DNA of 64,000 bases from a virus (IMGVR_UViG_3300044846_005229:143986-207985); one strand, 5' to 3'; shown: positions 9,268 through 18,149, numbered from the stretch's first letter. The notes: generated from the sequence alone by a model not told the origin. Numbers and translations: made by a program.

Positions 9268-9741
9268 TCATGCCGCAGCAAACTGCTTATTCCGGGAATA
9301 GAAACGCTCACAGCCATACTTGACCGCAATTTCATCCAAACTACCCGGATTGGAGCGGCTCCGGCCCAGCCCTGCAGGCTTCCAGAACCAGCATTTCCGG
9401 CCACTATGCCAGCGGCACCCCAGAGCCTTAAGGTCTTCCTTAACGGGCTTGGTATCACCCGTGACCCATACCCATAGGCCAATCAGGCTGATATCAAGGT
9501 TGGGAATCTTAAGCAATTCCGCAATCTGATCCATGATGGCCTGCTCGGTTTTTTCCGTATAGCGGTAGGTCCGGCCATCGTCCTCTTGACCGTTGCAGGC
9601 TGCCAGGGCCTCGTGGTAGGCGGCATTAAGGGCCTTCATGGTTTCCAGATCGCCACCAAGATCAGGGTGGTGCTTGCGAGCCAGATCACGGTAAGCGCTT
9701 TTGACTTGCTCAACAGTGGTGAGGCCAGTGAAGAATGTCAT
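9268..9741 (-). CDS. J-domain (DnaJ-like) protein
   Basis: YRDLARKHHPDLGGDLETMKALNAAYHEAL carries the HPD motif. Start moved to MTFFTGL after the promoter at about 9770-9812. Confidence 0.65.
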   Translation of the reverse strand: MTFFTGLTTVEQVKSAYRDLARKHHPDLGGDLETMKALNAAYHEALAACNGQEDDGRTYRYTEKTEQAIMDQIAELLKIPNLDISLIGLWVWVTGDTKPVKEDLKALGCRWHSGRKCWFWKPAGLGRSRSNPGSLDEIAVKYGCERFYSRNKQFAAA

Positions 9742-9868
9742 TGCCGGTTCCAGGTGGTGGGTGACTTTGGTAGTGTAGCATGGTTGCCGGTGGGTCGTCA
9801 ACCCCCCCCCTTTTTTAGGGGAAGGTTAAAACCGCTACCTGCTGACCCATGAATTATAGCATGTCCGA

Positions 9869-9975
9869 GGGCCAACTGTGGATGGCCGGAAGTTAGTGCC
9901 CATAGGCTGACAGCGGGTTCGGGGGGCCAACTGTGGATGGCCGGGAGTTAATGCTCATGGGCCGACACATTGCCG
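9869..9975 (+). repeat. two direct copies of an about 45-bp element GGGCCAACTGTGGATGGCCGG(A/G)AGTTA.TGC.CAT.GGC.GACA
   Basis: Seen directly; contains the near-palindrome GGCCA-N9-TGGCC. Lies between a minus-strand promoter (gaattatagcatg, about 9851) and the plus-strand sRNA promoter. Confidence 0.6.
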
Positions 9976-9981
9976 AAGGGG

Positions 9982-10011
9982 TTGACAAGACTAGGGTAGT
10001 CGCCCTATAAT
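9982..10011 (+). promoter_or_regulatory. second consensus plus-strand promoter TTGACA-18-TATAAT
   Basis: gttgacaagactagggtagtcgccctataat. Confidence 0.7.
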
Positions 10012-10019
10012 AAGCAAAC

Positions 10020-10080
10020 AATCAGAGAAGGGGCGGGGTAGCCCTGAAGACGAAAAATGTCGCCACGGCCCCTACTTGCA
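10020..10080 (+). ncRNA. candidate small RNA, copy 2 (AAGGGGCGGGGTAGCCCTGAAGACGAAAAATGTCGCCACGGCCCCT...)
   Basis: Paralog of 8485-8540; contains a potential AGGGGC...GCCCCT closing stem. Confidence 0.45.
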
Positions 10081-10084
10081 ATTA

Positions 10085-10440
10085 AAGAGTTTATGCCATT
10101 GAGTTTATGCCATGGTGCATTTTGCGAGTAATGTAGAAGTCTAGGGTGTGTTTTCGGAGTTAATGTAGAATGCCAAGGGTGCTTTTTCTGGGTAATGTGG
10201 AAACCCCCAAATTGAAAATCGAAAATTCATTCCCTGAGATCCGTTGCAGGGCAACGGAGTTACTCCTAAAATTTTTGAATTTTTTAGGACCTAATGAAAA
10301 AACGATCCAAAAGTTCCACATTTGAATGCAAATTCTGCACCCTACTATCATATATTCGCGAAAAGTATATTTAATAGAAGACTCTTATGTATAGTTCCAT
10401 AACCAATAAGAAATCCTTATCACTGCACCCTCCATTCAAA
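10085..10440 (+). repeat. composite repeat module copy C (partial: one IR element with three GTGC.TTTT..G.GTAATGT.GAA direct repeats, hairpins GGAGTTACTCC and CCTAAAA...TTTTAGG)
   Basis: Homologous to the IR elements of modules A and B; lacks the internal promoter and array. Confidence 0.8.
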
Positions 10441-10441
10441 G

Positions 10442-10663
10442 TCAATCCACAGCCAACTCAAAGTCAACCTCAAAGGGGCCATCCCAATCCTGAGCCCATT
10501 GGGGGGCGCCCATGAAGCGAAGATCGTCCGACTGATGAGAGAATGGTTCAGGAACCGTGTCAACTACACAGACCCAAGTTGGAAGATTCTCCCGACGCAC
10601 GGGGTGGGCAGTGTCCCCGATCCATTCTTGAGCCAGGAAGGTGCAGCGTAGGGTGTGTGCCAT
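10442..10663 (-). CDS. hypothetical protein (73 aa)
   Basis: ORF track; promoter-like tagtttagcatgg ... gtcaaccccc at 10690-10740. Confidence 0.45.
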   Translation of the reverse strand: MAHTLRCTFLAQEWIGDTAHPVRRENLPTWVCVVDTVPEPFSHQSDDLRFMGAPQWAQDWDGPFEVDFELAVD

Positions 10664-10815
10664 TGTGAGGTCGGTGGGTTTCGGTTGGTATGGGCCTAGT
10701 TTAGCATGGTTGCCGTGGGAGCGTCAACCCCCTAGCTTCAAGGATTGGCAAGCATGGGGCCGGGAGTGCGTCAACCTATCGGCAACAACTCCACGGCCCC
10801 CAGCCCTGACAGCAA

Positions 10816-11199
10816 TCAGCGCCGGTACAAATATCCCCCAGCCCAATCAGCCCGCTGATAGCAACTCTCAGGGTCCTCCAACAAATTGTAACGAATTCCT
10901 TTGGCAGGAGACTTCCAATTGGCTGCCTTGTAAACGTCCCCGGTTACCCGATCGATGAAAGCATGAATAGAACGATTGCCGGACGTTGACATTATGATTT
11001 TCAGATACTTGCGCCCTTCCTCCACTGAGAATATCGGGGCATAACCCTTGCCAACCCCATCAGGATTAAACCGCGCCGAGCTATCAGCCAGAACCGCGCA
11101 TAGCTTGAGGGTGGCGGTGAGAACCGGGCTAGGTGCCTTAGGGGTGGTAACCTCAGGGGCGGTAGCTTCGGGATTCGTGGCCAGTTCGGTAGCAATCAT
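10816..11199 (-). CDS. hypothetical protein (127 aa), start moved to MIATELATNPEA
   Basis: ORF track 10816..11298; N-terminal 33 aa judged non-coding (GC-rich, no promoter spacing). Confidence 0.45.
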   Translation of the reverse strand: MIATELATNPEATAPEVTTPKAPSPVLTATLKLCAVLADSSARFNPDGVGKGYAPIFSVEEGRKYLKIIMSTSGNRSIHAFIDRVTGDVYKAANWKSPAKGIRYNLLEDPESCYQRADWAGGYLYRR

Positions 11200-11459
11200 G
11201 GCGGGTCGGGAACGGCGGTGTTTGGTTCCTTGCCATTTTACACCATTGGAACCCGGATCGTCAAGGGGCCACCAGGGGAATTGCCGAGGTATTGTCAAGG
11301 CATCGTCAAGGGGCCATCAGGGTCCGCTAAGGAAGCCATGCGACCAAAAAACACACAAAGTCAAGGGACCCCACCGAGCCGAGGCTCAGAAACCCAGTCA
11401 CTGTCAGGGATTTTCCCTTACTGTGGTTGTCTTCATTTGAGAATGCCCTAGGTGGGTGT

Positions 11460-11720
11460 TCCTAATTGTTGTTACCAAAGTTTCAAACCTGAAAAATTGA
11501 AAAATTTGAATTTATTATATTTTTCTATTATACCAACACACTATAATGTCATAATGCCATAACAGTATAACACTATCGTTATATGAGCATAAAGTCATTT
11601 TGATCTTGGGGGGCACCTTGACACTACATATCATGGCACCGTCTCACAGTAACTTCATTGCGCTAACACTATGCCATCATAACACTATCGTTATACGATT
11701 ATAGAGTCATTAACCCTGGG
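11460..11720. other. AT-rich non-coding region with direct repeats (ATAACACTATCGTTATA(T/C)GA x2, CATAA(C/T) runs); candidate origin or regulatory region
   Basis: Sharp GC drop; no ORFs; repeats seen directly. Confidence 0.4.
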
Positions 11721-11807
11721 GACTAAAGCGTGTCTGGGGGGCATAGGAGTAATGTGGCGCGGTAAGTTGCCAGTGGGCGATGATTATGGTATAGGCAGAC
11801 CCGGCAA

Positions 11808-12116
11808 TCAGGCGGATACCTCTTGTTTGGTTAGCCAGGCTTCTACGGCAGCCAGCGCCGACGGGGGGACCATGCGATGGCCGACGGGCTGCCATGAGTG
11901 ACTGGCCCATCCGCCGGCAGGCTGCTCATGCCATTCAGTCAACCTGCGGAACATATAGAAAACCGCTGTTTCATTAAGCGACAGTAAATCAGGAAAATAC
12001 TGATACTCTACCCGAAAAAGGAGATACCAAGAAAAAGCGTTTCTGGGCCAGGCTTGGACGGTCAAGCCGCTGGCGGGGTCAGTGTAGACGGTTGTAACGG
12101 CAAGGGTGTTGGTCAT
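11808..12116 (-). CDS. hypothetical protein (102 aa)
   Basis: ORF track only. Confidence 0.4.
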   Translation of the reverse strand: MTNTLAVTTVYTDPASGLTVQAWPRNAFSWYLLFRVEYQYFPDLLSLNETAVFYMFRRLTEWHEQPAGGWASHSWQPVGHRMVPPSALAAVEAWLTKQEVSA

Positions 12117-12149
12117 TGGTGGTTGGCTGCAGGGAAAGAAAGGCCAAAG

Positions 12150-12368
12150 TTAAGAATTGAAGTAGTCATATTCGTAATCACCTAAATCTAAATCCTCCAA
12201 GAATTGTTTAAAAAACTCTTCTTCGGTTAGTGGCATCACACTTTCTGGCAGCGTGGCATACGGGTTAGTTGGCCAGCTATTAAGGAGCCGATCTCTAAGC
12301 GCATGGTTGACTTTGCGTTTGCCCATGGGGATTGCGGTTTGTGGAATCTGACTCCCATAGTCTAGCAC
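12150..12368 (-). CDS. hypothetical protein (72 aa)
   Basis: ORF track only. Confidence 0.4.
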   Translation of the reverse strand: MLDYGSQIPQTAIPMGKRKVNHALRDRLLNSWPTNPYATLPESVMPLTEEEFFKQFLEDLDLGDYEYDYFNS

Positions 12369-12417
12369 ACATGGGCCAAACTGACCCGTACTCAGTCCGA
12401 TGCCAATTCATGCCAAT

Positions 12418-12618
12418 TCATGCCAATTCACAAACCGACACACAGTAACCCACACTCTCCACCCTCTCACAAACCATCCTAGCGCATTGCCTCTCAGCCT
12501 TCTCCTTAGATGTCGAAACATACATAACGGAAGCCCACGCATCGGGGTAACTCCCGTAAGCAACTACACTGTAGGTTAAGGTAGGGGCTTCATAGGCAAG
12601 AATTGAATCAGGATTCAT
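12418..12618 (-). CDS. hypothetical protein (66 aa)
   Basis: ORF track; promoter catagtatagcac at about 12635-12650. Confidence 0.45.
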   Translation of the reverse strand: MNPDSILAYEAPTLTYSVVAYGSYPDAWASVMYVSTSKEKAERQCARMVCERVESVGYCVSVCELA

Positions 12619-12715
12619 TGGTTGTGCCGTGGTTGCTGACTTTCATAGTATAGCACACGGGAGACCGAACCGAACCGAACCCCCCCTATGCCAGTTGCTT
12701 AATTGTCCTTAAATC

Positions 12716-13570
12716 TAAGATAAATCAATACCGTGGGTATCATACCACCATTCTTTTGTTTTATCTGGATGTTTATCTTTAATCTTCAAGTATCGTGAAG
12801 TTATTTTACTTTGTCGGTTAACTTCGTCAGCAAAAAATTGATGCTCAATAGTTTCCCCACTTTTGTATAGTTAGCGCAATAATTTACGCAAAACATACTC
12901 CTGTTTTTGGTTTCCAGGTTTATACCCAGACTCTATTATTTTGTAGATGGTTTCCTTTAGAGTTTCCGTTGAACTTTTTACTGGATTCCCTAAAATACTT
13001 TCAATTCTCTCTAAACCAAACCCAACATCAATAAACTGTCCAGATGTATTAACAATGTTACCAATTTCTATTCCATTCTTATAAAATTCAGTGCAGTAAC
13101 CACCGAGTTCACCATCACTCCAAACGCATTCTGAATCGTATCTAATTTCCAGATCAGGATAATCCAAATAAAAATATTTCCAAGAGTTGTACTTATCCGG
13201 GTGCATAGTTACATAATCTATGGAAACTTTTAGTATGTCATTAAAAAAATTTCATCCAAAAATGAATGGTTTGTTGCATCGTCAATTCACCAAAGGAAAA
13301 AAGACCCAACATATTAAAATACAATAAATGAGACCCATCACCAATTTCATCTAAATCCTGTAGGCGGATGCAAGATTGGCTATTAGCGATAGATGTATTA
13401 TCTGGATTTTTAAACTTGTCCTTAAACTGTTGCATTCCAGCAGGACAAAATAGGGTAGTGTCGTCATAAGGCTTCACGCTATCATCCACCTTAAATGAAA
13501 TGTTATTACTCTCGCAATAACTCCGGTATAGATCTATTACTTTAGTCATTTTTAACGTAGGATGAGCCAT
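12716..13570 (-). pseudogene. alanyl-tRNA synthetase N-terminal (catalytic-domain) fragment, disrupted by a +1 frameshift at a T7 run (about 13241-13250) and an in-frame TAA (12871-12873); nothing beyond the first about 300 residues
   Basis: TLFCPAGMQQFKDKF...SQSCIRL...HLLYFNMLGLFSFGE, then DVGFGLERIESIL and QEYVLRKLLR match AlaRS class-II motifs (established knowledge of AlaRS). Homology continues across the stop (R*LYKSGETIEHQFFADEV versus RRAVRHG..ETFFYKLV). AT-rich island. Confidence 0.6.
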
Positions 13571-13959
13571 TGCATTGCAAAGTGAATGGTTATGAGTAAA
13601 TAGTGGTCAGCTAAATTGTATAGGGTATCTTTAATCTTCAAAGTTATCCCCAAATTCTCTTCGCAGAACCCTATACTTTTGAAGCCGCCTTTTTCTTTCT
13701 TGGGCTGCACGTATCTCCTCCCTTTAATTCTCGCTTGATACTCAGCATCAGTTTCTTCACGTTGGAAATACGGTGTTAATCCGATGATGCACCCATCGTA
13801 GTTTTCACACTCTTCAAAATACACATACCCCTTGGTTTTCAATTCTTGAAACCTCTTAATTGCATCATCAATTGAGCCTGCTAAATGAGCAAAATAAATG
13901 CTGCTCCCACTGACTCTAACCATTTTCTTTTCAGTGTCGTTGATGTTGAACTTTTCCAT
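13552..13959 (-). CDS. hypothetical protein (135 aa), start moved to MEKFNINDTEKK
   Basis: Track ORF 13552..13992 begins inside the promoter ttgtagcatagg ... gtcaaccccc (13993-14030). Confidence 0.5.
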   Translation of the reverse strand: MEKFNINDTEKKMVRVSGSSIYFAHLAGSIDDAIKRFQELKTKGYVYFEECENYDGCIIGLTPYFQREETDAEYQARIKGRRYVQPKKEKGGFKSIGFCEENLGITLKIKDTLYNLADHYLLITIHFAMQWLILR

Positions 13960-14307
13960 TGGGGTTACGGTTTGTTCCGGTGATGGACTCATTGTAGCAT
14001 AGGGCCAACGGCAGCGTCAACCCCCTGGCTCCAAACCCGTAGTAAAACACCGGGGCGGAAACATTTGAACGTAACGGCGAACATCAGCCAAATAAATTGA
14101 CCTAGACATAACGGTTATGCCGTTCCCCCCATTTAGTCGAAATTGATAGACCAATCTGATGATGGTGCCGATGCAGGTATTATACGAGGCAGGTTAGGTG
14201 CCATTTGGGTCCGTGTGCCAGTTCTCAGGGTGTCACAAGCAATTTCAAGGGTCCCCACCGTTAATTATGCCGATGTCGGTTACTTGTACCAATTGTAACC
14301 ATGACAA

Positions 14308-14508
14308 TTAAACCCAAGACTCTGAGACTATAATATCAACCACCTTCAAATCATAATCATACCTAACCTGACAAACATCATAAGATACCCCACCAATAAG
14401 AATCATTTCGCCCTTTCGCGGAATAATGCTAGAGACATAATTTATGCCCAAGATGGGGCCACCATGGGTCTTAAACCCTAATTGAAATTGGTTAACGATA
14501 GAGTTCAT
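14308..14508 (-). CDS. hypothetical protein (66 aa), AT-rich island
   Basis: ORF track; 4-nt overlap with the upstream gene. Confidence 0.45.
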   Translation of the reverse strand: MNSIVNQFQLGFKTHGGPILGINYVSSIIPRKGEMILIGGVSYDVCQVRYDYDLKVVDIIVSESWV

Positions 14509-15269
14509 TGGTTGCGATGAGAGTTAATTCTAGTAGTCAGACCAACGACCAGCTGATACATCATGTCACGATGCTTTGTTGTCCATTGTTCATCAGAATA
14601 AGACGTTCCGACCTTATACACTCTCCCAGCACCAAGTTCCTTATTAAGATAATTAAACCATGCGGTGCAAAAATTCAATGCGACCCCTCGCACACATTCC
14701 GGTGATTTACTGCTAAGTAAGTAAACCTTAGAATACTCCTCAGAGAGTGGATAAGGTCTTACATATTTGTACTCGTCGCCACCACCATGCTCGGTTCTCA
14801 TTGGGTTATCCTCTTCGTTCACCAGCTGCTGATACAGACTGTCAACCGAAAGGTCATCCGGTGTAATCTCAGGAAAGACATACTTTGCAAGTTCCCCCTC
14901 AATGAATGCCTCTTTGTTCCAGTTATCCTCCCTTTCTCTGCCTACTTTTTTGTATATTTTTTCCAGCTCAAGTTCCCATTCTTCTTTCTCTTCTGCTCTT
15001 TTTTTAACCTTCTCTCTCCATCGCGGCATCATCTCTTTCGTCATTTCTTCCTTATTGAAATCGGGAAACAAATGAATTGGGTACCTATCTCCAATGCCAA
15101 TAGGCGACTGAGTTTCTTCATCCATCTCATAACCATTGCCGATAGTAAAGAAAATGTGATCAAGAACACTTGCAGCACTAGGGAAGATGCTGTGATATTC
15201 ACCCATTTGATACGAAACAAAATTACAAATTGATTGAATTGCCATGTCAGTTTTCCAATTGCCTCTCAC
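14505..15269 (-). CDS. hypothetical protein (254 aa), AT-rich island
   Basis: ORF track; 4-nt overlaps on both sides (operon-like). Confidence 0.6.
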   Translation of the reverse strand: MRGNWKTDMAIQSICNFVSYQMGEYHSIFPSAASVLDHIFFTIGNGYEMDEETQSPIGIGDRYPIHLFPDFNKEEMTKEMMPRWREKVKKRAEEKEEWELELEKIYKKVGREREDNWNKEAFIEGELAKYVFPEITPDDLSVDSLYQQLVNEEDNPMRTEHGGGDEYKYVRPYPLSEEYSKVYLLSSKSPECVRGVALNFCTAWFNYLNKELGAGRVYKVGTSYSDEQWTTKHRDMMYQLVVGLTTRINSHRNQ

Positions 15270-15625
15270 AAGTACAACCCGGGGTGAAAATGATCATTGC
15301 TATAGGACCTTACTTTCTGATTATCTGACATAAGAAAATAAGTCAAATTATCAATGAGATTTTTAGTAACTCTGGTAATCATCATCTGCCGATTAAGTTT
15401 GTAGTTCAAGTCCTTAAGAAGATCCCTAACAGCAACTGCAGAAAGAGTAACTTCAAAACCCCCTTGCTTACGGACTGATTCTTGCAAGTTGCTATAAACA
15501 AACTCACCTATATCAGTATAAACATAACCAACTTCTAATACAATTCTAAAGTCGGACAAAAATGCAGCCGCTTCTTGACGTTCAAGAAAAACCGTAAGAG
15601 ACGATTCCCGTTTTTTGAAGTTCAT
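15266..15625 (-). CDS. hypothetical protein (119 aa), AT-rich island
   Basis: ORF track. Confidence 0.55.
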   Translation of the reverse strand: MNFKKRESSLTVFLERQEAAAFLSDFRIVLEVGYVYTDIGEFVYSNLQESVRKQGGFEVTLSAVAVRDLLKDLNYKLNRQMMITRVTKNLIDNLTYFLMSDNQKVRSYSNDHFHPGLYL

Positions 15626-15825
15626 TGGTGGTAGGTGGTGGGGGGTGGTTGGTTGGTTGGTCCCGATTGGTTCCGGCTGGTTCCGGTGATAATCCCATTA
15701 TAGCACAATGCCAAGGCAATAGCAACCATCCCACTCAAACGGGGGTAGCAGGCTCAACCCCGCCGGCAGACACAAGCTCCCGCCAGCGTAAATCTGATGC
15801 CTCACCCACAAGATAATCCACACAA

Positions 15826-16041
15826 TCATGCCAATCCCCTTCCATAACTCCATAACTCCATAACTCCATAACTCAACAATCTCTGCAATGCCACAGCTAA
15901 AACCTCAGAAGTCGGCAACGGGCGGCCACTTTCCTTCCGAGACCTTGCCAATAAGGACACATCCCGGCAGGCTTCATTGCAAGCGGCTTCAATTTTGCGC
16001 GATTGGTTGCTGCTGGTGCGGATGGTGGCAGTAGTGTCCAT
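15826..16041 (-). CDS. hypothetical protein (71 aa)
   Basis: ORF track; promoter gcaggtattatacatgac at about 16085-16105, a near-copy of the one at about 14180. Confidence 0.4.
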   Translation of the reverse strand: MDTTATIRTSSNQSRKIEAACNEACRDVSLLARSRKESGRPLPTSEVLAVALQRLLSYGVMELWSYGRGLA

Positions 16042-16131
16042 GGTTGTTTGTAAGTGAGTGGGGTCAGAAGGTGGCCGATGCAGGTATTATACATGACAGG
16101 TTGGCAGCCGCACGGGGCCGATGCCAGCTAG

Positions 16132-16716
16132 TCAACTGGCCAAATCAGCAAACAGCGGCACGAAAACCGGATCATCAATACCTTCAATCAGTTCATAAGT
16201 GGCACACCCGACGGCACACCCGGCGGCATCGGCGGCGGCATCGACGGCGGTCGCTCCGGCGGCGGCGGCGGTGGCTATGGCGGCGGCGGCGGCGGCGGCA
16301 CCTAAGGCACGGCAGCGGCTAGCAACTTCTTTCCATTGGCCTCCGGTAAGACCGTCCACAAACCACCAAAACTTCATAACCGCTTGGTAGTTCTTGCCGA
16401 GGTATTTCTCAGGACTTGTCAAAACATCAGACGGGGCCCCCGGTTGACCGTCATTAATTAGACGCAGAAGAACCGAATGTGCCGCTGAAATATCCAAAAG
16501 TCTAGCAACTTCGCGATCTGCTTTATACTGTGTAATACTACGAAGATCCTCTTCGCTATAACCGCCAATCTTGTATAATGCCTGCCCTTGGGCGCACATA
16601 CAGGTTGTTGGCTCTTTACCGTCGCCAGGCGGCTCTTCGGAGATTAGTCTACGCTTAAAGGGGATATTCCGGGGATCTTCCCAAAAGGCCAGAAGTGTTT
16701 CGGCTGCGGTGTTCAT
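16132..16716 (-). CDS. hypothetical protein (194 aa) with poly-Ala C-terminal tract; N-terminal domain homologous to the central region of 41354..42730
   Basis: SAAHSVLLRLINDG...PEKYLGKNYQAVMKFWWFVDGLTGGQWKE versus SVIHSILLRRFNDL...PERVLGKNWNKVLEFWHFLDSLTQGQCKK. Confidence 0.55.
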   Translation of the reverse strand: MNTAAETLLAFWEDPRNIPFKRRLISEEPPGDGKEPTTCMCAQGQALYKIGGYSEEDLRSITQYKADREVARLLDISAAHSVLLRLINDGQPGAPSDVLTSPEKYLGKNYQAVMKFWWFVDGLTGGQWKEVASRCRALGAAAAAAAIATAAAAGATAVDAAADAAGCAVGCATYELIEGIDDPVFVPLFADLAS

Positions 16717-16787
16717 TGCTGATCTGGTTGTTTACTTAGTAATGGTAACAGAGAGCGGGGTCGTTCGGTTGGCTGGGGCACCAGTTG

Positions 16788-17552
16788 TTAAAGTGTCACT
16801 TCAAACGTTCCGTGAGAATCGTCCTTTGCATTCCTCTTAAGAAAGGGCGCAATTCCTAGCCAATCGTTATGCGTTACCGGGTAGAACACATGAAGATAAC
16901 TACTGATGTGCTCAGGAATTCTACTAGAAAAATACTTATCGGCTTTCACCAATTCGTAAATTTTTGCGTAGGTTTCTTGATCTGGACGAATGATAACCTT
17001 GCTGATGCATTGATCATAATCATATTCACAGCTATAATAAGAAATGTTCTCAATTTTCAAGTCATCTTTATTAAGAACCCAGGGATGTCCTTTAAGATAC
17101 TCCAAAAGTTCAGGAAGATTGAAGTATTTGTTGTTGAACTGAGAGTCAATGTAATTAAACCCACGCGGAAGAGTATAAGGAACAGCATTTGAATCAAAAA
17201 ACATATGGCCAGAACTATAAATCCAAACAAGATTCTCTTCAGAAATGTTACCTTCAAGAATCTCCTCATCACTCATTTCGTGATATTCATAGGTCCAGAA
17301 CGGATTATAAGTTTTAATGAATTCAAAGAATGAGTCCCTAACTAATGCCGGTCTGCATTCTTTAAGAACTTTCAGGCTTTTATCTTTGACCGCATTGATA
17401 ACTTCAACTACTGCGGAAGTCTTACCTGATGGCTCCACCGTGGTAGTCGTCACTTGAAGATAGGCAAGACTCTTATCCACACCGGGAATAATGTAAGATA
17501 CAATCTCCGTAAATGTTGTGTGACGGGTATTTTCAAATGGTGCGAGTTTCAT
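16788..17552 (-). CDS. hypothetical protein family Y (about 254 aa), paralog of 32610..33338; AT-rich
   Basis: Very high identity including a near-identical about 300-nt DNA stretch (compare the identical spurious plus/minus ORFs at 17057..17272 and 32843..33058). Start set at MKLAPFENTRH by analogy with MELTPIKITRH. Confidence 0.65.
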   Translation of the reverse strand: MKLAPFENTRHTTFTEIVSYIIPGVDKSLAYLQVTTTTVEPSGKTSAVVEVINAVKDKSLKVLKECRPALVRDSFFEFIKTYNPFWTYEYHEMSDEEILEGNISEENLVWIYSSGHMFFDSNAVPYTLPRGFNYIDSQFNNKYFNLPELLEYLKGHPWVLNKDDLKIENISYYSCEYDYDQCISKVIIRPDQETYAKIYELVKADKYFSSRIPEHISSYLHVFYPVTHNDWLGIAPFLKRNAKDDSHGTFEVTL

Positions 17553-17578
17553 GGTTGGTTGTGGGGAGCGGTTTAGTG

Positions 17579-17803
17579 TCAATCTGACCTAAGGCTACTA
17601 TAGCACGGTGCTAGAGCAGGGGCAATCCCTTCCCCCACCACATCTAGCAACATATCCCTAAGACGGCTCATTTCTTCACGATCACCAGCCATAAGCCATC
17701 CATAGCAAACATAATTGTTACTATACTCCTCATCCAAAATTGTGAACAGAACTTTAGCCGTCCTCTCTGGGAGAACAATTTTAACACCTTTAGAAACTTC
17801 CAT
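17579..17803 (-). CDS. hypothetical protein (74 aa)
   Basis: ORF track; 4-nt overlap with the downstream gene; promoter cactatagcac ... gtcaaccccc at 17838-17875. Confidence 0.5.
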   Translation of the reverse strand: MEVSKGVKIVLPERTAKVLFTILDEEYSNNYVCYGWLMAGDREEMSRLRDMLLDVVGEGIAPALAPCYSSLRSD

Positions 17804-17894
17804 GAACCCTCCGGGGTTGTGATTTGAGGTTGAACAAGCACACTATAGCACAATGCTAAGGCCCTGTCAACCCCCTTGCCCTACCGGAAGAGTG

Positions 17895-18059
17895 TCAATC
17901 ATTGGCGTTGCCTGTGATGATGGCCCTGATCCTGCCATGCCGCCTTCTTAATTCTCTCCTAGCGTCCTTCTCATTGGCTGCTATTACATAATCATAGCTG
18001 TGGACTCCAGGAACCTCGTTGTTATCGGCAGTAGTGAAATAAAGCAGGAAGGTTTCCAT
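17895..18059 (-). CDS. small basic-tailed protein (54 aa), start moved to METFLLYF
   Basis: Track 17895..18113; -10 tcttagcatgg at about 18082-18092. Confidence 0.4.
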   Translation of the reverse strand: METFLLYFTTADNNEVPGVHSYDYVIAANEKDARRELRRRHGRIRAIITGNAND

Positions 18060-18149
18060 GTTGGTTGTGAGGCGACAGTTGTGATACCATCTTAGCATGG
18101 TGCTGGTGGTCATGTCTATGCGATCAAGTGTTGTTGGCTGTGTAGGATT

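Noticed and set aside
16044-16390. Plus-strand ORFs 16044..16322 and 16199..16390 (Arg/His-rich, Ala-rich)
   Set aside because: Antisense and alt-frame readings of the GCC/GCG poly-Ala-coding tract of 16132..16716. No promoter; all neighbouring genes are on the minus strand.
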